Part shown: positions 39,371 to 52,929 of the stretch, in pieces
Numbering within the stretch: position 1 is the stretch's first letter
Layout of the letters: every line of letters begins with the position of its first letter
NCBI RefSeq assembly: GCF_006345805.1
Contig: NC_042998.1
Span: forward strand, 153,450,001-153,514,000
Length of the DNA: 64,000 nt
From: Octopus sinensis
Taxonomy: Eukaryota
Direction of reading: 5' to 3'
Program-made: the position numbers and the translations under genes
The notes under the pieces: generated by a model
Seen by the model: only the letters and a program-made list of their open reading frames with translations
Told to the model about the DNA's origin: nothing
Database searches by the model: none

Positions 39371-39482
39371 CTATAATGATGGAATGGTTGAGGTATTTGG
39401 GTTACACTCCTCCTTCCATGTTGCTCAACTCCAAGTTGGTATGATACCTCCTATTCGTATTGGACAGGCAAGCAAAATAAAG
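39371..39482 (+). CDS. DGKE: DGKE-like internal exon
   Basis: tttttcag|C TAT..AAG|gtaagt; phase matches the previous exon (AG|C = Ser); YNDGMVEVFGLHSSFHVAQLQVGMIPPIRIGQASKIK. Confidence 0.92.
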
Positions 39483-39625
39483 GTAAGTGAAAGAAACATG
39501 TTCCATGGTAAAAATGACTGACATTTTTCACTCAATTTTCATGTTTCTCAAAAGAGAGAGTAAAAGAAAAAAGTATAAGGAAAGCTTTGAGATGAATTTA
39601 CAGGCTTTTGTAGCTTAAATGATAA

Positions 39626-39672
<47 letters not shown>

Positions 39673-40479
39673 TGTTATCATTATTCCTTCCTTCATAACA
39701 CAGTGTAGGTAAAAATGCACCGGAGTCTTTAATCATCTGTCAAGACACAAGGACCTCAGATAGATAATACTTTCCTTAAGATGTGTGCTGTGCCTAATAA
39801 GGCTGCTTTTTGCAAGACATCAATCTTGCATGGGATTTCCAGTTGCCTTATGAAGTCTTGAAGTTTCAATGAGATTGAGCCCAACACTCTGCTCACCACT
39901 GGTATCACTTTTACATTACCCTCTTGCATCCTATACAGTTTTGCCTTTCTCCTTTCATTTCAGAGTACTTAGTGATTTTTTCCATCTCTTTACTCACAAC
40001 ATTCATGTAATTTTGTATGGCTACATCAATGATCTGACAGTATTTGACTCTCTTATTCAATATGACAATATCCTGCCAACAGTGTTCGATTACAAGATCC
40101 GTCTGAAAATCATAGTCCTAGAGTATTGTTACTTTTCCATCCTCCTGCATAAACAATAATAGAAATCCTATAACAAGGCTCATTATAGTTCTGTGAATAT
40201 ATCATTAGAGACATTTCACCTTGTTTTCTAAAGAGTTTATTTGAAACTGGACAAAAAGTTGTTGGACAAAAAAGTCATCAGACAAAAATATGTTAGGCCA
40301 AAAGATATGGATAAAAAGACACTTGACGAAGTGACATCAGACAAAAAGACATAGCACCTTCTGAAAGTACCTTCATACCTGTAGAATTCATCTTGATCCC
40401 TTTGTAGTATTTGCCAGGCCAAAGATTTCTGTGTTATCCTTGATAGTTCCTGGCACAAAAGTCCTTTGGATTAGCCAGT

Positions 40480-41130
40480 TCATTTTCTCTGATTCTCGGA
40501 GCAAGGAAGAGTAATGATGTTCTTCCATCTCACTGACCATCTATAAATTGCCCTTCACTAATCTCATTGCCTGACTGGTAGACAATGTGTGCCTGACAAC
40601 ATTCCACACACCAGACTCCTATTCTAGATCCTTGCTTAATCTAATCCTCACTGTCCAGAAATCTTTGTAGGTGGTCAGGGGATAAATAACAGCTGAGGTA
40701 ACGTAGACATATGCTACTCTACCCAACCTTTCACCGATAGCTTCCTTTAGGTTCATTTCTGAGTAAGATTAGACACCTATCCTGCCCAATTCTGGTTTAG
40801 CTGAAGACTGTGACCAAACCAAACCTTCAGTAGCATTAACAATCCATTGGTCCAATATCCTGTGATACTCTCAGATGACATGAATTTGCCTCTCCAGGTG
40901 CTGAGCTGCAAACCCACTGAGTTTTGCCCCTGCCACCATCTCAAATTCCTTTAGAAGGGTAATGATTACTTTCATCTCAGTGGCATCTGATTCCATGACA
41001 GTAAGCACTCCCAGGTCCCTGTCTAAAAGGACACTCTTCAACCATTCCAGCTTTTGTAGCATTGACTCAAGAACCAACAGAAACAGATGTGAATGGGGGG
41101 GGGGATAGTCCTGATGTAAAATGACCCCAA
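40480..41130 (-). mobile_element. L1/Tx1-like RT fragment, degenerate
   Basis: HLFLLVLESMLQKLE..VLTVMESDATEMKVI..EFEMVAGAK; downstream GLVWSQSS..KNW-like segment. Confidence 0.65.
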
Positions 41131-41189
41131 GATCAGTGGATCTTGGGGTCATTTTATATTGTAATGGCTTCTAAATAATAATGGTCAAC

Positions 41190-41790
41190 ACTCTCCAAAG
41201 TTTTTGACTAATTTACAATTTTTAGCTAGTTTTTCTGTGAACATAACTGACGTGTTAGGATTGGCAGGTATTGTCATACCAATCAGCATAAAGGTTTTAT
41301 CTTTATGGCTTTTAATTATGATATCTGGCGTGTTTGCTTTGATTCTACTGCCTGACTACACTGACATAGCCTAAAGGACAGTAACATTATCATTCTTGGT
41401 AACTGTTTTTGATTTGTGGTCCTGCCATCTTTTTAGAGATTTTAATGCTCAATTTCTTGCAGGTTTTCCAGTATAGGTATACCACTGTCTTGTGACATTA
41501 GATAATTTGCTTTTTCCCCAATGCTGAGGAGTCAGCGATGATGTGTATGGCAGGTTCCACATGTCCTACCCATTTAGTCCTCTCATCTTTGAGAATGCAA
41601 TGCTGCTATGACTTGTGACTAAGACTTTGATCTTGGCAGTAACAATAAAGTTGTCTGTCTCTACCTTGAATCCAATACCTTCAAGACATTGATTTGTCTG
41701 TTGTCAGTCAACTTCTGCCTCTTTATGACATTCTGGATATCTACCATGAATTTTTTGTTTTCAGTTCGTCCTTATTTGGTGGGGGCCATG
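41190..41790 (-). mobile_element. RLE-type (R4/Dong-like) non-LTR retrotransposon C-terminal fragment
   Basis: HGRYPE..GFKVETDNFIVTA.., then ANTPDIIIK..FMLIGMTIPANPNTSV (PD..D-type nuclease motif). Confidence 0.65.
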
Positions 41791-42011
41791 CTACTTGGCA
41801 TTTTTTCTTCAACTTGGGAGACAAGAGATATCAATGCTACATTTTTATTTTGTGTAAATTCAGAGGATGAGGAGGGGGATGACAGTGATGACAATTCAAA
41901 AATGTTCTGTTTTTTTCCATGATCAGAAATAACTTTCTCCTACTTTCCCCTTGGAAAACTACAACTATAAAATGTTGTTGTTGTTATTATTATTATTTTC
42001 TCTATTTACAG

Positions 42012-42125
42012 ATTACATTAAACTGTACAGCACCAATGCAAGTTGATGGTGAACCCTGGCTCCAACAACCTGTGGAGATGACTGTCACCCACCGTAGTAA
42101 AGCTACTATGTTGTCTCTTTGCTGA
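42012..42125 (+). CDS. DGKE: DGKE-like terminal coding exon
   Basis: tctatttacag|ATT..TGA; ITLNCTAPMQVDGEPWLQQPVEMTVTHRSKATMLSLC* (DGK MQVDGEPW motif). Confidence 0.93.
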   Translation: MTLNCTAPMQVDGEPWLQQPVEMTVTHRSKATMLSLC

Positions 42126-42157
42126 ATATCTGCTATATATACTGACAAAAAAAAGAA

Positions 42158-42225
<68 letters not shown>

Positions 42226-42278
42226 TGTAGAAATCTACAATAACAGGAGGGCTTTCATATATATGTATGTATATATAT

Positions 42279-42323
<45 letters not shown>

Positions 42324-42370
42324 CAGTGTAGAAATCTACAATAACAGGAGGGCTTTCATATATATGTATG

Positions 42371-42407
<37 letters not shown>

Positions 42408-42529
42408 AATTATCTTTATATGTACATACATACATATACAGACATATGCACACACAAACACACACACTTTTTTCTCCAGCTTCTGCCATCACAAAATACT
42501 CTTAACTAATATTTATTTCTTTGTTAATG

Positions 42530-43610
42530 TGATGAGCTGGCAGAATCATTACTGTGCTGGACAAAATGTTTAGCAGTATTTCATCCATCTTTATATTCTG
42601 AGTTCAAATACTGCCAAGGTCAACTTTGCTTTTATTCTTTCAGAGTCGATGAAATAAGTACCATTTGAGCTCTGAGATCATTGTAATCAACTAGTCCCCT
42701 CCCTTAAAATTTCAGGCCTTGTGCCTATACTAGAAAAGATTATATATTTCTTTGCATTTACATTTGTTGTTTTGTTTATTTTGGATTTTTTTTCCTTCAA
42801 AATACCTTTCATATTACTCTGTAAAGTGATTGACATTAGGAAGATATCCATGCGTAGAAACCATGCCAAATCAGATTGGTGTCTGGTGCAGCTTCCCAGC
42901 TTGCTAGCTCTGATCAAACTGTCCAACCCATGTCAGCATGGAAATGGATGTTAAATGATGATGGTGATGAGCTGGCAGAATTGTTAGCATGCCAGAGAAA
43001 ATGCTTAGCAGTATTTCATCTGTCTTTATGTTCTGAATTCAAATTCTGCCAAAGTATACTTTGCCTTTTGGGGTTGATAAAATAAGTGCTAGTTGAATGC
43101 TGGGGTTCAATGTATTCAACTCCCCCCCCCCCATGAAATTACTGGTCTTGGGCCAAAATCTGAAACCATTATTGTTGTTGTTGTTAAGGTAACAAGCTAG
43201 TGTAATTGTTATCATGCTGGACAAAATGCTTAATGGCATTTCTTCTGGCTTTACATTCTGTGTCCAAATTCTGCTCAGGGTAGCTTTGATTTCTTTCTTT
43301 TAGAGCAGATGAAATACATGTACCAGTTGAGCACTGGAGTCAATATAATCAACTAGTCCCCTCCTGCAAAATTTCAGGCCTTGTGCCTATAGTAGAAAGG
43401 ATTATTATTTTTATTATTGTTTTAAGAGGTGGGATTGGCAGAATTGTTGAAGTGCCATGCAGTATTTGTTCTGGCTCTTTCTAGGTCAACTTCTTCCTTC
43501 CATCCCTCTGTGGTTGATAAAATAAGATACTAGTTATGTACTGGAGTCAATGTATCAACTGTACCCCTGCCCCACTTCATAACTGCTTGTCTTGTAGAAA
43601 CCGTTATTAC
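42530..43610 (+). mobile_element. Four head-to-tail copies of a ~200-bp SINE-like element plus one RTE 3' fragment (42830-42965)
   Basis: Repeated gagctggcagaat..gagttcaaattctgcc..aataagtac..caactagtcccctcc..caggccttgtgcctata. Confidence 0.75.
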
Positions 43611-44341
43611 TGTTTGACAAAAGTCAAACATTTCAATATTTTATGTAAACAGTGAAAGATAGAGTGTAGCTAGGGCAAAGGACAGGCCCCCTTAATGGAA
43701 TTGATATGATTGAGGCCTCAGTTTGAACTTCTGTTAGAAGAATGTTTTCAAGAACATTGTGAAATAATATTTGGGAAAGAAGGATCGGGAACAGTGGTTA
43801 GTATAGGACCCAAAGTGGGGGAATGGGTGAACTGCAGAACGGCAGGAATACAATGAACAGAGTTAGAGTACCTGAGGCTGTTGTGGTAGTGAAGACTGTG
43901 GGTGTTGGTGAGAGAGAGAGGGGTAGTTTTAGAGGGAAAGTGTTGGGGATATAGTTTTGTTTATTGATTTGTTGCTTCCTTTTTTTTTTTCCACCTTATG
44001 TACATGGATTTTGTTTAACTTTACTTTTTGATTGTCTTTACCAAAAGTTTGTTGTGAAACCTAATACCATTCCATTGCAGTCATTATTTTTAACCTCTAG
44101 GACTTTTAATTTAGACAACCTGCATACTATCAACCTACTTGGCTGCTTACCTATCTTGCATGGTTGGATTTGTTTTGTCTCAATTTTCTCTTTCTTATTC
44201 TTTTTTCACCTCTCTGATGGATTCATCCACCTGTGTGTGTGTGTGTGTAGTATGTACATATGTATAAAAAGAACATGAACAGTGTAATTAGTATTAATAA
44301 TTTATATGATATGATATGTTTCATATTTATATGATATGATA

Positions 44342-44505
44342 TGTTTCATGAGACTGGCAGACATCAATTACTTGAGCATAAAACTCAATTACAGGAACAA
44401 ATGCCACCAGTCCCTTTAATCATTTGTTACTCAGGGTCCAGCAGTATTTTTTCATGTAACTGAGTTTTATACTCAAGCAACTGATGTCTGCCAAATCATG
44501 AAGCA
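44342..44505. repeat. MITE-like hairpin with ~50-bp arms
   Basis: TTCATGAGACTGGCAGACATCAATTACTTGAGCATAAAACTCAATTACA is imperfectly inverted at 44455-44505. Confidence 0.7.
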
Positions 44506-44859
44506 CATGTATATTATACACAGCATCCCATCTAGGTGGGGAACCTATACGCCAAAGAAACTAGGAAACCGGCCCTATGAACCAGGCGTGGCTCGAGAAG
44601 GAACAAAAAAACAAAACAAATATATATATATATATATCCTTCTTTTAGTCTGTCTCTCCAGTTGCTTATCTCACTGGCTATGTTTTCTGTGTTCCTTTTT
44701 CTATATATGGTGCAGACTCTGCATTCTGTCCTTTCTGGAGTTATGAAGATTTTCTGACCAAGTCAGAAATAATGGGAATTAAGTGTGGAACCAATCTACC
44801 ATGTTCATGCCCTTTGGTATTTTGTTTTGGCACTTCTTGGATCATCTTTTAAATTATAT

Positions 44860-45310
<451 letters not shown>

Positions 45311-47615
45311 TATCCTTCTTTTAGTCTGTCTCTCCAGTTGCTTATCTCACTCATTTTTATCCTCTCTCTCTTTCTCTCTGTCTAGTCACCCTAACTCTAT
45401 ATCTCTTACTCTATCGTTTTACCTAGTTATTACTCTTCCTTTCTACTTAGCAATCTGTCAGTCTGTCTGTTATTTTCTTTCTGTTTGACTACCTGGTTCC
45501 CCCACCACAGAGACCTTTTTCTCTGTCATTTCTGACTCCATACACCCCTAAGTAGATGGTATTATCTTTCACTTCCAGCACTAGTGCCATCTAATCACAG
45601 CCAACATATATCTCCTCAGATGTACCCCACTTCCAAGAACAAAGATTTTGATTGCATTCTGCTATGAGTATTGACAACTTAGTTTTAATAGCCTCAAAAA
45701 CAAGCCATCTCTATTCATACTAAAGAAAGGTACCTACGACACTGCTCCTACTTTCTTATTCATATGTACACACCACTTAACAAACATGACAAACACACAA
45801 CTGAAACCTTCATAGGCCCCTTTTGTCCAGAATCCTTAACAACATTACACAGCACCTTTACATCACTAACAATAAAAAGGATACCAAATTTAGAAAATAC
45901 TTCAGTGATAACCTCTTGCTGACTTTAAATATTATCTATCTTTTCGTGATCCATCCTAAGATATTGTTTACATTTTGAAGGTGCAACAACTTCTACATAA
46001 ACATCTGAGATTGCTTCCTTCAAAAAATGTCATTCAATTTATTATGAAACTTTCATTCACCAACACATTACATCATACTGTCTCACAGTTGTGATATGTC
46101 CTCTCTGGGTATCATTTACTCTTATTATAATAGGCCCTACTCTTCTTAAATAGAAAACTGTGCTACCTATTTTCTTTACTGAAACTCATTTCACAAATCC
46201 TGTTCTTCACATTTTTTTCAACTCTTCTTCCTCTAGATTACAACCTAACAGAACTTCTTCTCTGTCCATATTTTCCATCAGTAAAGCCTTGCTGACCTAT
46301 ACAACCAAATATTTTAGTATGAAAGAGGACTAAAATCAGAGCAGGAAGCATAAATGAGAATCTAAATCCGAAACTACAATATTGTTAGGGGCATTGATTA
46401 CTGAATATCGGCTTGAGCTGGTCACAAATGTATTGTTTATTGGGAATTCAATGTTAATTTGCATATAAGACAAACTTGAAGTGTACTGAGAAAGTTGTTA
46501 CTCATTACCGGTGTTAGATGACTTCTACTGGTATGAATGACATATTTATGACAAGAGAATAAGTAAGAGCAGATCAGAAGTATTGAGGCCACATATAAAG
46601 AAGTTGGACCTCATAGCAACAATGTTTTATGATACACCCCTCTCATGCCAACATAGGAAAATGGATGTTAAAATAGAATCTACTCTACTATGACATTTGA
46701 AAACTAGAATCTTCAACTCAAAAAATTAGCTCTATCATGGGTTAATAAGTAAATCCTACATATATAATCCCGGTTAATATAGATTGGTTTGGTTCATCCT
46801 TCTTAAAAACAGCTCTCCATGCTCACCAAATATACTGAATAAACAGCCCTGTATCAACTACATATCAACAGCCTTCATCCCTCCATAGAAATCCCTACCT
46901 AATTTTCTGTGTGTGTGTGTGTTGGGGAAATGGAGATTGTCCAGTGATGATATAGCTAGATGTTATTGCTGGCTTCACAACTCAACTCATTTATCTATAA
47001 CACTGAACTAATTGGACAAAGTATGCGTGCATGATTATCCCAGCTTTAACTATTGCTGTTAGGGATATTGTTGCTATGAGGTCCAACTTGATCAGCTCTA
47101 CACAAGTAGATCTTTGAAATGGATGTAACTTACAAGATAAAACCTTCATTTGGTTGGTATTTTCAGTGATGGTCATCTTCTGGACATACTACGTGTCCTC
47201 AAGTTTTTTAATTAATATATAAAGGGAAACTCCATTGTTATAGGCAACAGTTTTACTAGCTTACAAATTAGGCTCTCTACCTCACATATATGTCGCATCT
47301 CTTTTTCATGCAGGCATGAATTAGTGGATGCAATTAATATATGGTGAACCATTATAATATTATTTTAAATGGCCTTTCCTTCCATGCACATAGATACACT
47401 AGTATTTCTTCTGTCAAGGAAGTATTGTGGTCCTACAAACTTGGCCACAAGGAAAACAAAACCTAGTTTCCTATTTCCCTTCCCAGGAACATGGAAGTTA
47501 ACGGAATCACAAATCTTCTGGAATTGCAATGTTGTGGCAAGATTTTAGGAGTGCAATGCTTCCTTAATAGAAGAGCTTTCCTATCTCTCTCTCTTTCTCT
47601 CTCTCTCTCTCACTA

Positions 47616-47711
<96 letters not shown>

Positions 47712-48118
47712 ATATATAGTCAATTTGAGGATGTCAGGTCCTCATTAGGGATTAAATAATCCAAACATTTCACTGGTTAATCATTATTATATAAGGAGAA
47801 AGTCTTGACAATATATTAGGTAGTATTATAGTAATACATATTGTTAATAATGAAAGAAAGAAAATGGAAAATTATGGATGTATAAATAATTCATTTGTAT
47901 GATATTATGAGTTTGAAAGTTTTTTATAAAAACAATACAAATAAATTATAAAGCTCTGAAAGAAATGGCAGCTGCCAAAAGCCTACATATTTGTTTCAGT
48001 TCATGCCCTATGTGAATAGTAATTCTATGCATTTGGGTAGGGTTATATGCTAAGAATTGGTCACCATTTTCAGAATGGGGCAGAATCTCATCAGGGCTTT
48101 ATGAGCTTATACAACAAT

Positions 48119-48184
48119 GGTTAACATATTTCTTAAAAGGATGCAGACAAATTCATCTGCATCCTTTCAAGAAATATGTTAACC
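48119..48184. repeat. 66-nt hairpin (29-bp stem)
   Basis: GGTTAACATATTTCTTAAAAGGATGCAGA-caaattca-TCTGCATCCTTTCAAGAAATATGTTAACC. Confidence 0.8.
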
Positions 48185-48358
48185 TTTAATCTACATCCAT
48201 AATTCTCCATTTTCTGTTTTTCATTATATACACACACACACGCATTAAACACATGTTCCATCAAGCTTTTTAGGAGTACTATGCTTCCTTAATGGGAGGG
48301 GTGTCTATTTATGGTATCTATCTATCTGTATGTATATATAGTATGTGTGTGTTTATTT

Positions 48359-48408
<50 letters not shown>

Positions 48409-48790
48409 AAGTTGACTGTCTACTCTGCATTTTACATCTGTCAAGAGTGTTTTTCACTGAACGCCTAGCAAAGGTGAGAGCTCAGAGTAGACTGTCAACT
48501 TTTGATATAATAAGCATCTATCCATCTATTCAGCATACTGACTTTAATATCAGATAATGTTTTTACTACACAAAATATCATTTTAATATATTTTACAACT
48601 CTTACATTATGATATATGGATGTGTGTATGGTGTTTGACTGTGGTATTTACCCAAACTTATGAAAATGTATGCTATGTATGCATATATATATATACACAT
48701 CTGTGTGTAGTCACATGCATATGTATGTACATGCATGTATATGTATATATATATATAGTATGTGTGTGTGTATACACACATATGCATATA

Positions 48791-49420
48791 CAGGGTATCT
48801 CAAATGTCACTGATGGGTTTCAATTTTTAATAAGTTCTTTAACTTTACAAATAAATGCATGAAATTTTTATACAATATGACGGACATAATATAAATTATG
48901 TCAAATTTTGTAACGCCACTACATCACATATGAAAAAGAACATTGCTTAAATCGCAGCCATTTTCAGCTTCATACACCCATGCTCTTTCCAAAACTTGCA
49001 CCATAACACCCTCAAAAGTTTCAGACCCCACTTCTCTGATTTCTCTATTGATGTTCTTCATTTGCACTAGGGTCTCAGGTTTGTTGATGTAAACCTTCTC
49101 TTTCAGGTATCCCCATAAGAAAAAATCCAGGGACCCTGATGCAACTGAAGGAGAACATCAGTAGAGAAATCAGAGAAGTGGGGTCTGAAACTCTTGAGGG
49201 TGTTATGGTGCAAGTTTTGGAAAGAGCATGGGTGAGCAAAGCCGAAAATGCCATTTAAGCAATGTCGTTTTTCATATGTGGTGTTGTGGTGTTGCAAAAT
49301 TTGACTTGTGCATATTAATGTCCATTATGTCCTTTATATTGTATCAAATTTTTATGCTTTTATTTGTAAAGCTAAGGAAGTTATTAATAAAAACCCATCA
49401 GTGACTTTTGGGACACCCTG
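48791..49420. mobile_element. Fold-back Tc1/mariner derivative made of two 3' ends
   Basis: TA|CAGGGT..ACCCTG|TA; minus strand encodes LDFFLWGYLKEKVYINKP..VLERAWV..; the right arm is its inverse. Confidence 0.88.
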
Positions 49421-49434
49421 TATGTATGTGTGTG

Positions 49435-49509
<75 letters not shown>

Positions 49510-50230
49510 TATATGCACACACACAGAGGCTGTGGTAAATATCCTCTTCCACAATCTCAATTTTGAATGTTGCTTGTTTAATCATCCAGTTTCTTTGAGT
49601 AACAAAAACAGTTATTTTTTAAGATTAAATATTTTGTATAGTATTTTTATATCTTCTGTATTTTATATATCTCATTCATCTATAAGCCATGACTACACTG
49701 TGAAAGCAAGAGATCTGATTAAAAAAAGTATTCTCATTATTTTATTATTGTTGTTGTTTATGGTTGAAAGAAGTTTGAAATATTAGAAAATGCAATCCAG
49801 ATCATGCATAGCATAAAATTGTTTTATTGTTTAATTAATAATAAGTTGTCTAAAGTACAAATATGCAAATTAAGCTAATTGCAATTATAGCTTAATTACT
49901 CATTGCTAGATATATCAGCTATCTGTTATCAATCAGGTAAGGAAATTGGTTCACCTCTCTGAAGAGCACTCAACAAACTGTAGAACATTTCATCAGCATA
50001 CTTTTCCATCAGTATATGTCTCCATTATGTTTCTGCTTGGTCACTGCTGTATAAATACTTTCCTCAGTAAAGAAACACTTCATTCAAATGGCTCCAGAAA
50101 AGATACAAGATGGTATACTAGCACTCAAATCTAGGTGCATGGTTCCTTATAACTGAAATTGTTGTAAGATAATGAAAGTGACTATTTAACTCCTGTTCTT
50201 ATATGAGTCGTTTACACACACACACATGCA

Positions 50231-50590
50231 AGTTGCAGGTATAGCTCTGTGGTTAAGAAGTTTACTTTCTCAATCACATGGCTTCAGATTCAGTCCCATC
50301 TTCTACTATAGCCCCAGGCTGACAAAAAGCTTTGTGAATGGATTTGATTAATGGAAACTGGAAGAAGCCTGTTCTATGTGTCTGTTTGTCTCTCCATGCA
50401 TGATTGTTGTAAATGAAAGTCATTGATTTCCAATATTCTTTGAAAACATGTCATTCTTTGAAAACATGGAAAAATATTATCTTGCTTGGAAACAGGCAAG
50501 AGGAAGGGCATTCAGCCAAAGAAAATCTACCTCAATAATCTCCTTTCAATCCATGCAAACATAGAAAAGTGGGCATAAAACAATGATCAT
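50231..50590 (+). mobile_element. Diverged tRNA-derived SINE
   Basis: gcaggtatagctctgtggttaag..ttcagtccc..ctactatagcc resembles the 24519 head. Confidence 0.65.
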
Positions 50591-50682
50591 GATATACATA
50601 TATCCTTTAATTTACTGCTTTTCTTTATACGAAATGAGAAGATACATTGTGGAACTATTATTTTAATGAGCTATATTTATTT

Positions 50683-50788
50683 ATCACCCGAAGAGACACA
50701 TTTGCATCATCGGATCCTCCTGAACCAGTTGTTAAGTATCCCACCCATAAGAGATCGATGCCAGATGTGTCAAAACAATTGTAGTAAT
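50683..50788 (+). ncRNA. Decayed type I hammerhead motif with a long stem II
   Basis: CCGAAGA-GACACAT..ATGTGTC-(G>A)AA-ACAATTGT-A; stem I is partly lost. Confidence 0.45.
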
Positions 50789-50849
50789 TAATAAAAATTC
50801 TCGTATCTTCGTAAAATCTTTTATTTACCATATATATATGGGTGTGTAT

Positions 50850-50907
<58 letters not shown>

Positions 50908-50911
<4 letters not shown>

Positions 50912-51209
50912 TTTGTATTTTGTTTGCAAGATTCTTTATGTGAATTAGTGTGTTGAAGCATATTTTGTTGTGTCTAAGGAGAGTCATTCTTTTTTAATAC
51001 CTTATTAATTAACACACTCACCAGTTCAATTTACACTCATCTATTATTTTTTTTCCTAAAATTTTTGTTGCTTCTTGCAACCCCTTCAGTAGTTAAAGAG
51101 GTTGCAAGAAACATCAAAAATTTTAGGGAAAAAAATTAAATGAGTGGAAATTGAACTGGCGAGTGTGTTAATAAGACATTAAAACAAAATGACTTTCCTC
51201 AGATGCAAC
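50908..51209. mobile_element. Fold-back of the PLE 3' terminus family also seen at 403-600 / 5100-5253
   Basis: Arms 50968-51082 and 51099-51209; HHR remnant on minus strand at 51056-51092 (CTA-CTGAAGG-G-GTTGC-aagaa-GCAAC-AAAAATTTTAG). Confidence 0.82.
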
Positions 51210-51225
51210 AATATATATATTCTTG

Positions 51226-51423
51226 TATTCTTTTATTTCAGTCATTTGACTTTAGCCATACTGGAGCACCACTTTAGTCAAACAAGTCGACCCCAGGACT
51301 TATTCTTTGTAAGCCTAGTACTTATTCTATTGGTCCTTTTTTTGCCGAACCGCTAAGTTACGGGGATGTTAACATGCCAATATTGGTTGTCAAACAATTG
51401 GGATGGGGGGAACAGAAACACAA

Positions 51424-51482
<59 letters not shown>

Positions 51483-51641
51483 ACGGGCTTCTTTCAGTTT
51501 CCGTCTACCAAATCCACTCACAAGGCTTTGGTTAGCCTGTGGCTATAGTAGAAGACACCTGTCCAAGGTACCATGCAGTAGGACTAAACCCAGAACCATG
51601 TGGTTGGTAAGCAAGCTACTTACCACAGCCACTCCTGCACC
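51226..51641 (-). mobile_element. tRNA-derived SINE (24519 family)
   Basis: Reverse complement similarity to 24519-24933. Confidence 0.88.
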
Positions 51642-51759
51642 TATGTATATATATATAATTTTTAAATAAAAGACCACAGGTCTTATAAATACAACTACCA
51701 GGGTTTCCTGGTCGAAATAATAATTTATTCTGGTATTTATCAAGCTGAAAATAAGTTTG

Positions 51760-52760
51760 TCAGGGTGTTCCAAAAAATGTGAATGAGAAATTCAAAGGTA
51801 ATCCAGCTCCTGCTAAACATACTGCAGCATGTGTTGGGTAACAGTTTCCAGTGTGGTAGTGTTTGAGTTCCTCTAATCTTGTAAGTGGGACATAGACCAG
51901 TTTCTTCATATAACCCCACCCCACCCCCAAAAAATATTGCAAGGTGTCAGATCAGGTGAATGTGGGGGGTGGGGCAAACACAGACACACAAACATATACA
52001 TATTTCAACAGCACAGATTCTCATTGAGATAATCTTGCACAGTCAACTCCCAGTGAGGTGGAGCCTTCTCTGTTGAAAAATGAAGTGTTCATGTTCATTT
52101 GCAATGAGCTTATCAATTAACCAATTCTGAAGTATTTGCAGATAAACATCACTGGTCACATTTCCCTCAAATTAAAACATGCCATGAAGATGATTTTTGG
52201 AGATGGCACAGAACACATTCACTTTTGGTGAGTTCCTCATGCCCAAAATGAGGACTTCTTTGACCCATATGTAAACATCATGCTTGTTGACTTTTCCAGT
52301 TGAATGAAATGTGGCCTCATCACTGTAAACAAGGTTTTCAAGTTCCTCTTGCATACTGACTCAAAATTGCTTGCGCTTTTACTTGTCATCTGTCTTTAAG
52401 ACCTAAATGAGCTGCAGCTTATAAGGTGTCAGTTGCAAGCATTTCTATGAGACATGCCAAACTGTTGTTGGAGGAATCTGGGTTTCCAGACATGGACTTC
52501 CTAGGGCTTTGCAAAATTATTTCCCAAACCCTCTCGACTATCTCTTCTAATACTGGTAGCTATCGAGATCCTTTCACCCTGCAGACAGCCTTCCTCTCTG
52601 AACTTTTTGCACCACGTCGAAATCTTCCTTGAAGTCCATGCACTTTAGCAAACTCTTTCACCAATGCATGCTGCAGAGTATGACATTTCTAGACCTGAAA
52701 CGAAAAGAAGCATTGAACATAGAATTTTGAGTTGTTTCTACACATTCTGTTAGAATTTGA
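51760..52760 (-). pseudogene. Tc1/mariner transposase relic
   Basis: LVYSDEATFH..NSPKVNVFCAIS, FIFQQ, SPDLTPC..GYMKKLVY; N-terminal WCKKFREEGC..SPRKS; many stops. Confidence 0.85.
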
Positions 52761-52764
52761 ATGA

Positions 52765-52877
<113 letters not shown>

Positions 52878-52929
52878 ATATATATTATTTATTATTATGG
52901 CTGGGCTGCAGCAACAAAGTTCACGTACC

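Noticed and set aside
40059-41285. Apparent ~20-bp TIR pair (TATGACAATA..CCTGCCAA)
   Set aside because: The right copy is the MTIPA segment of the RLE-LINE fragment; the left is probably an oppositely oriented fragment of the same family, not a transposon end.
45480-46200. Possible very old PLE remnant (KRIPNLENTSV resembling RRPPNL..LV)
   Set aside because: Only one weak motif; not enough to list as a feature.
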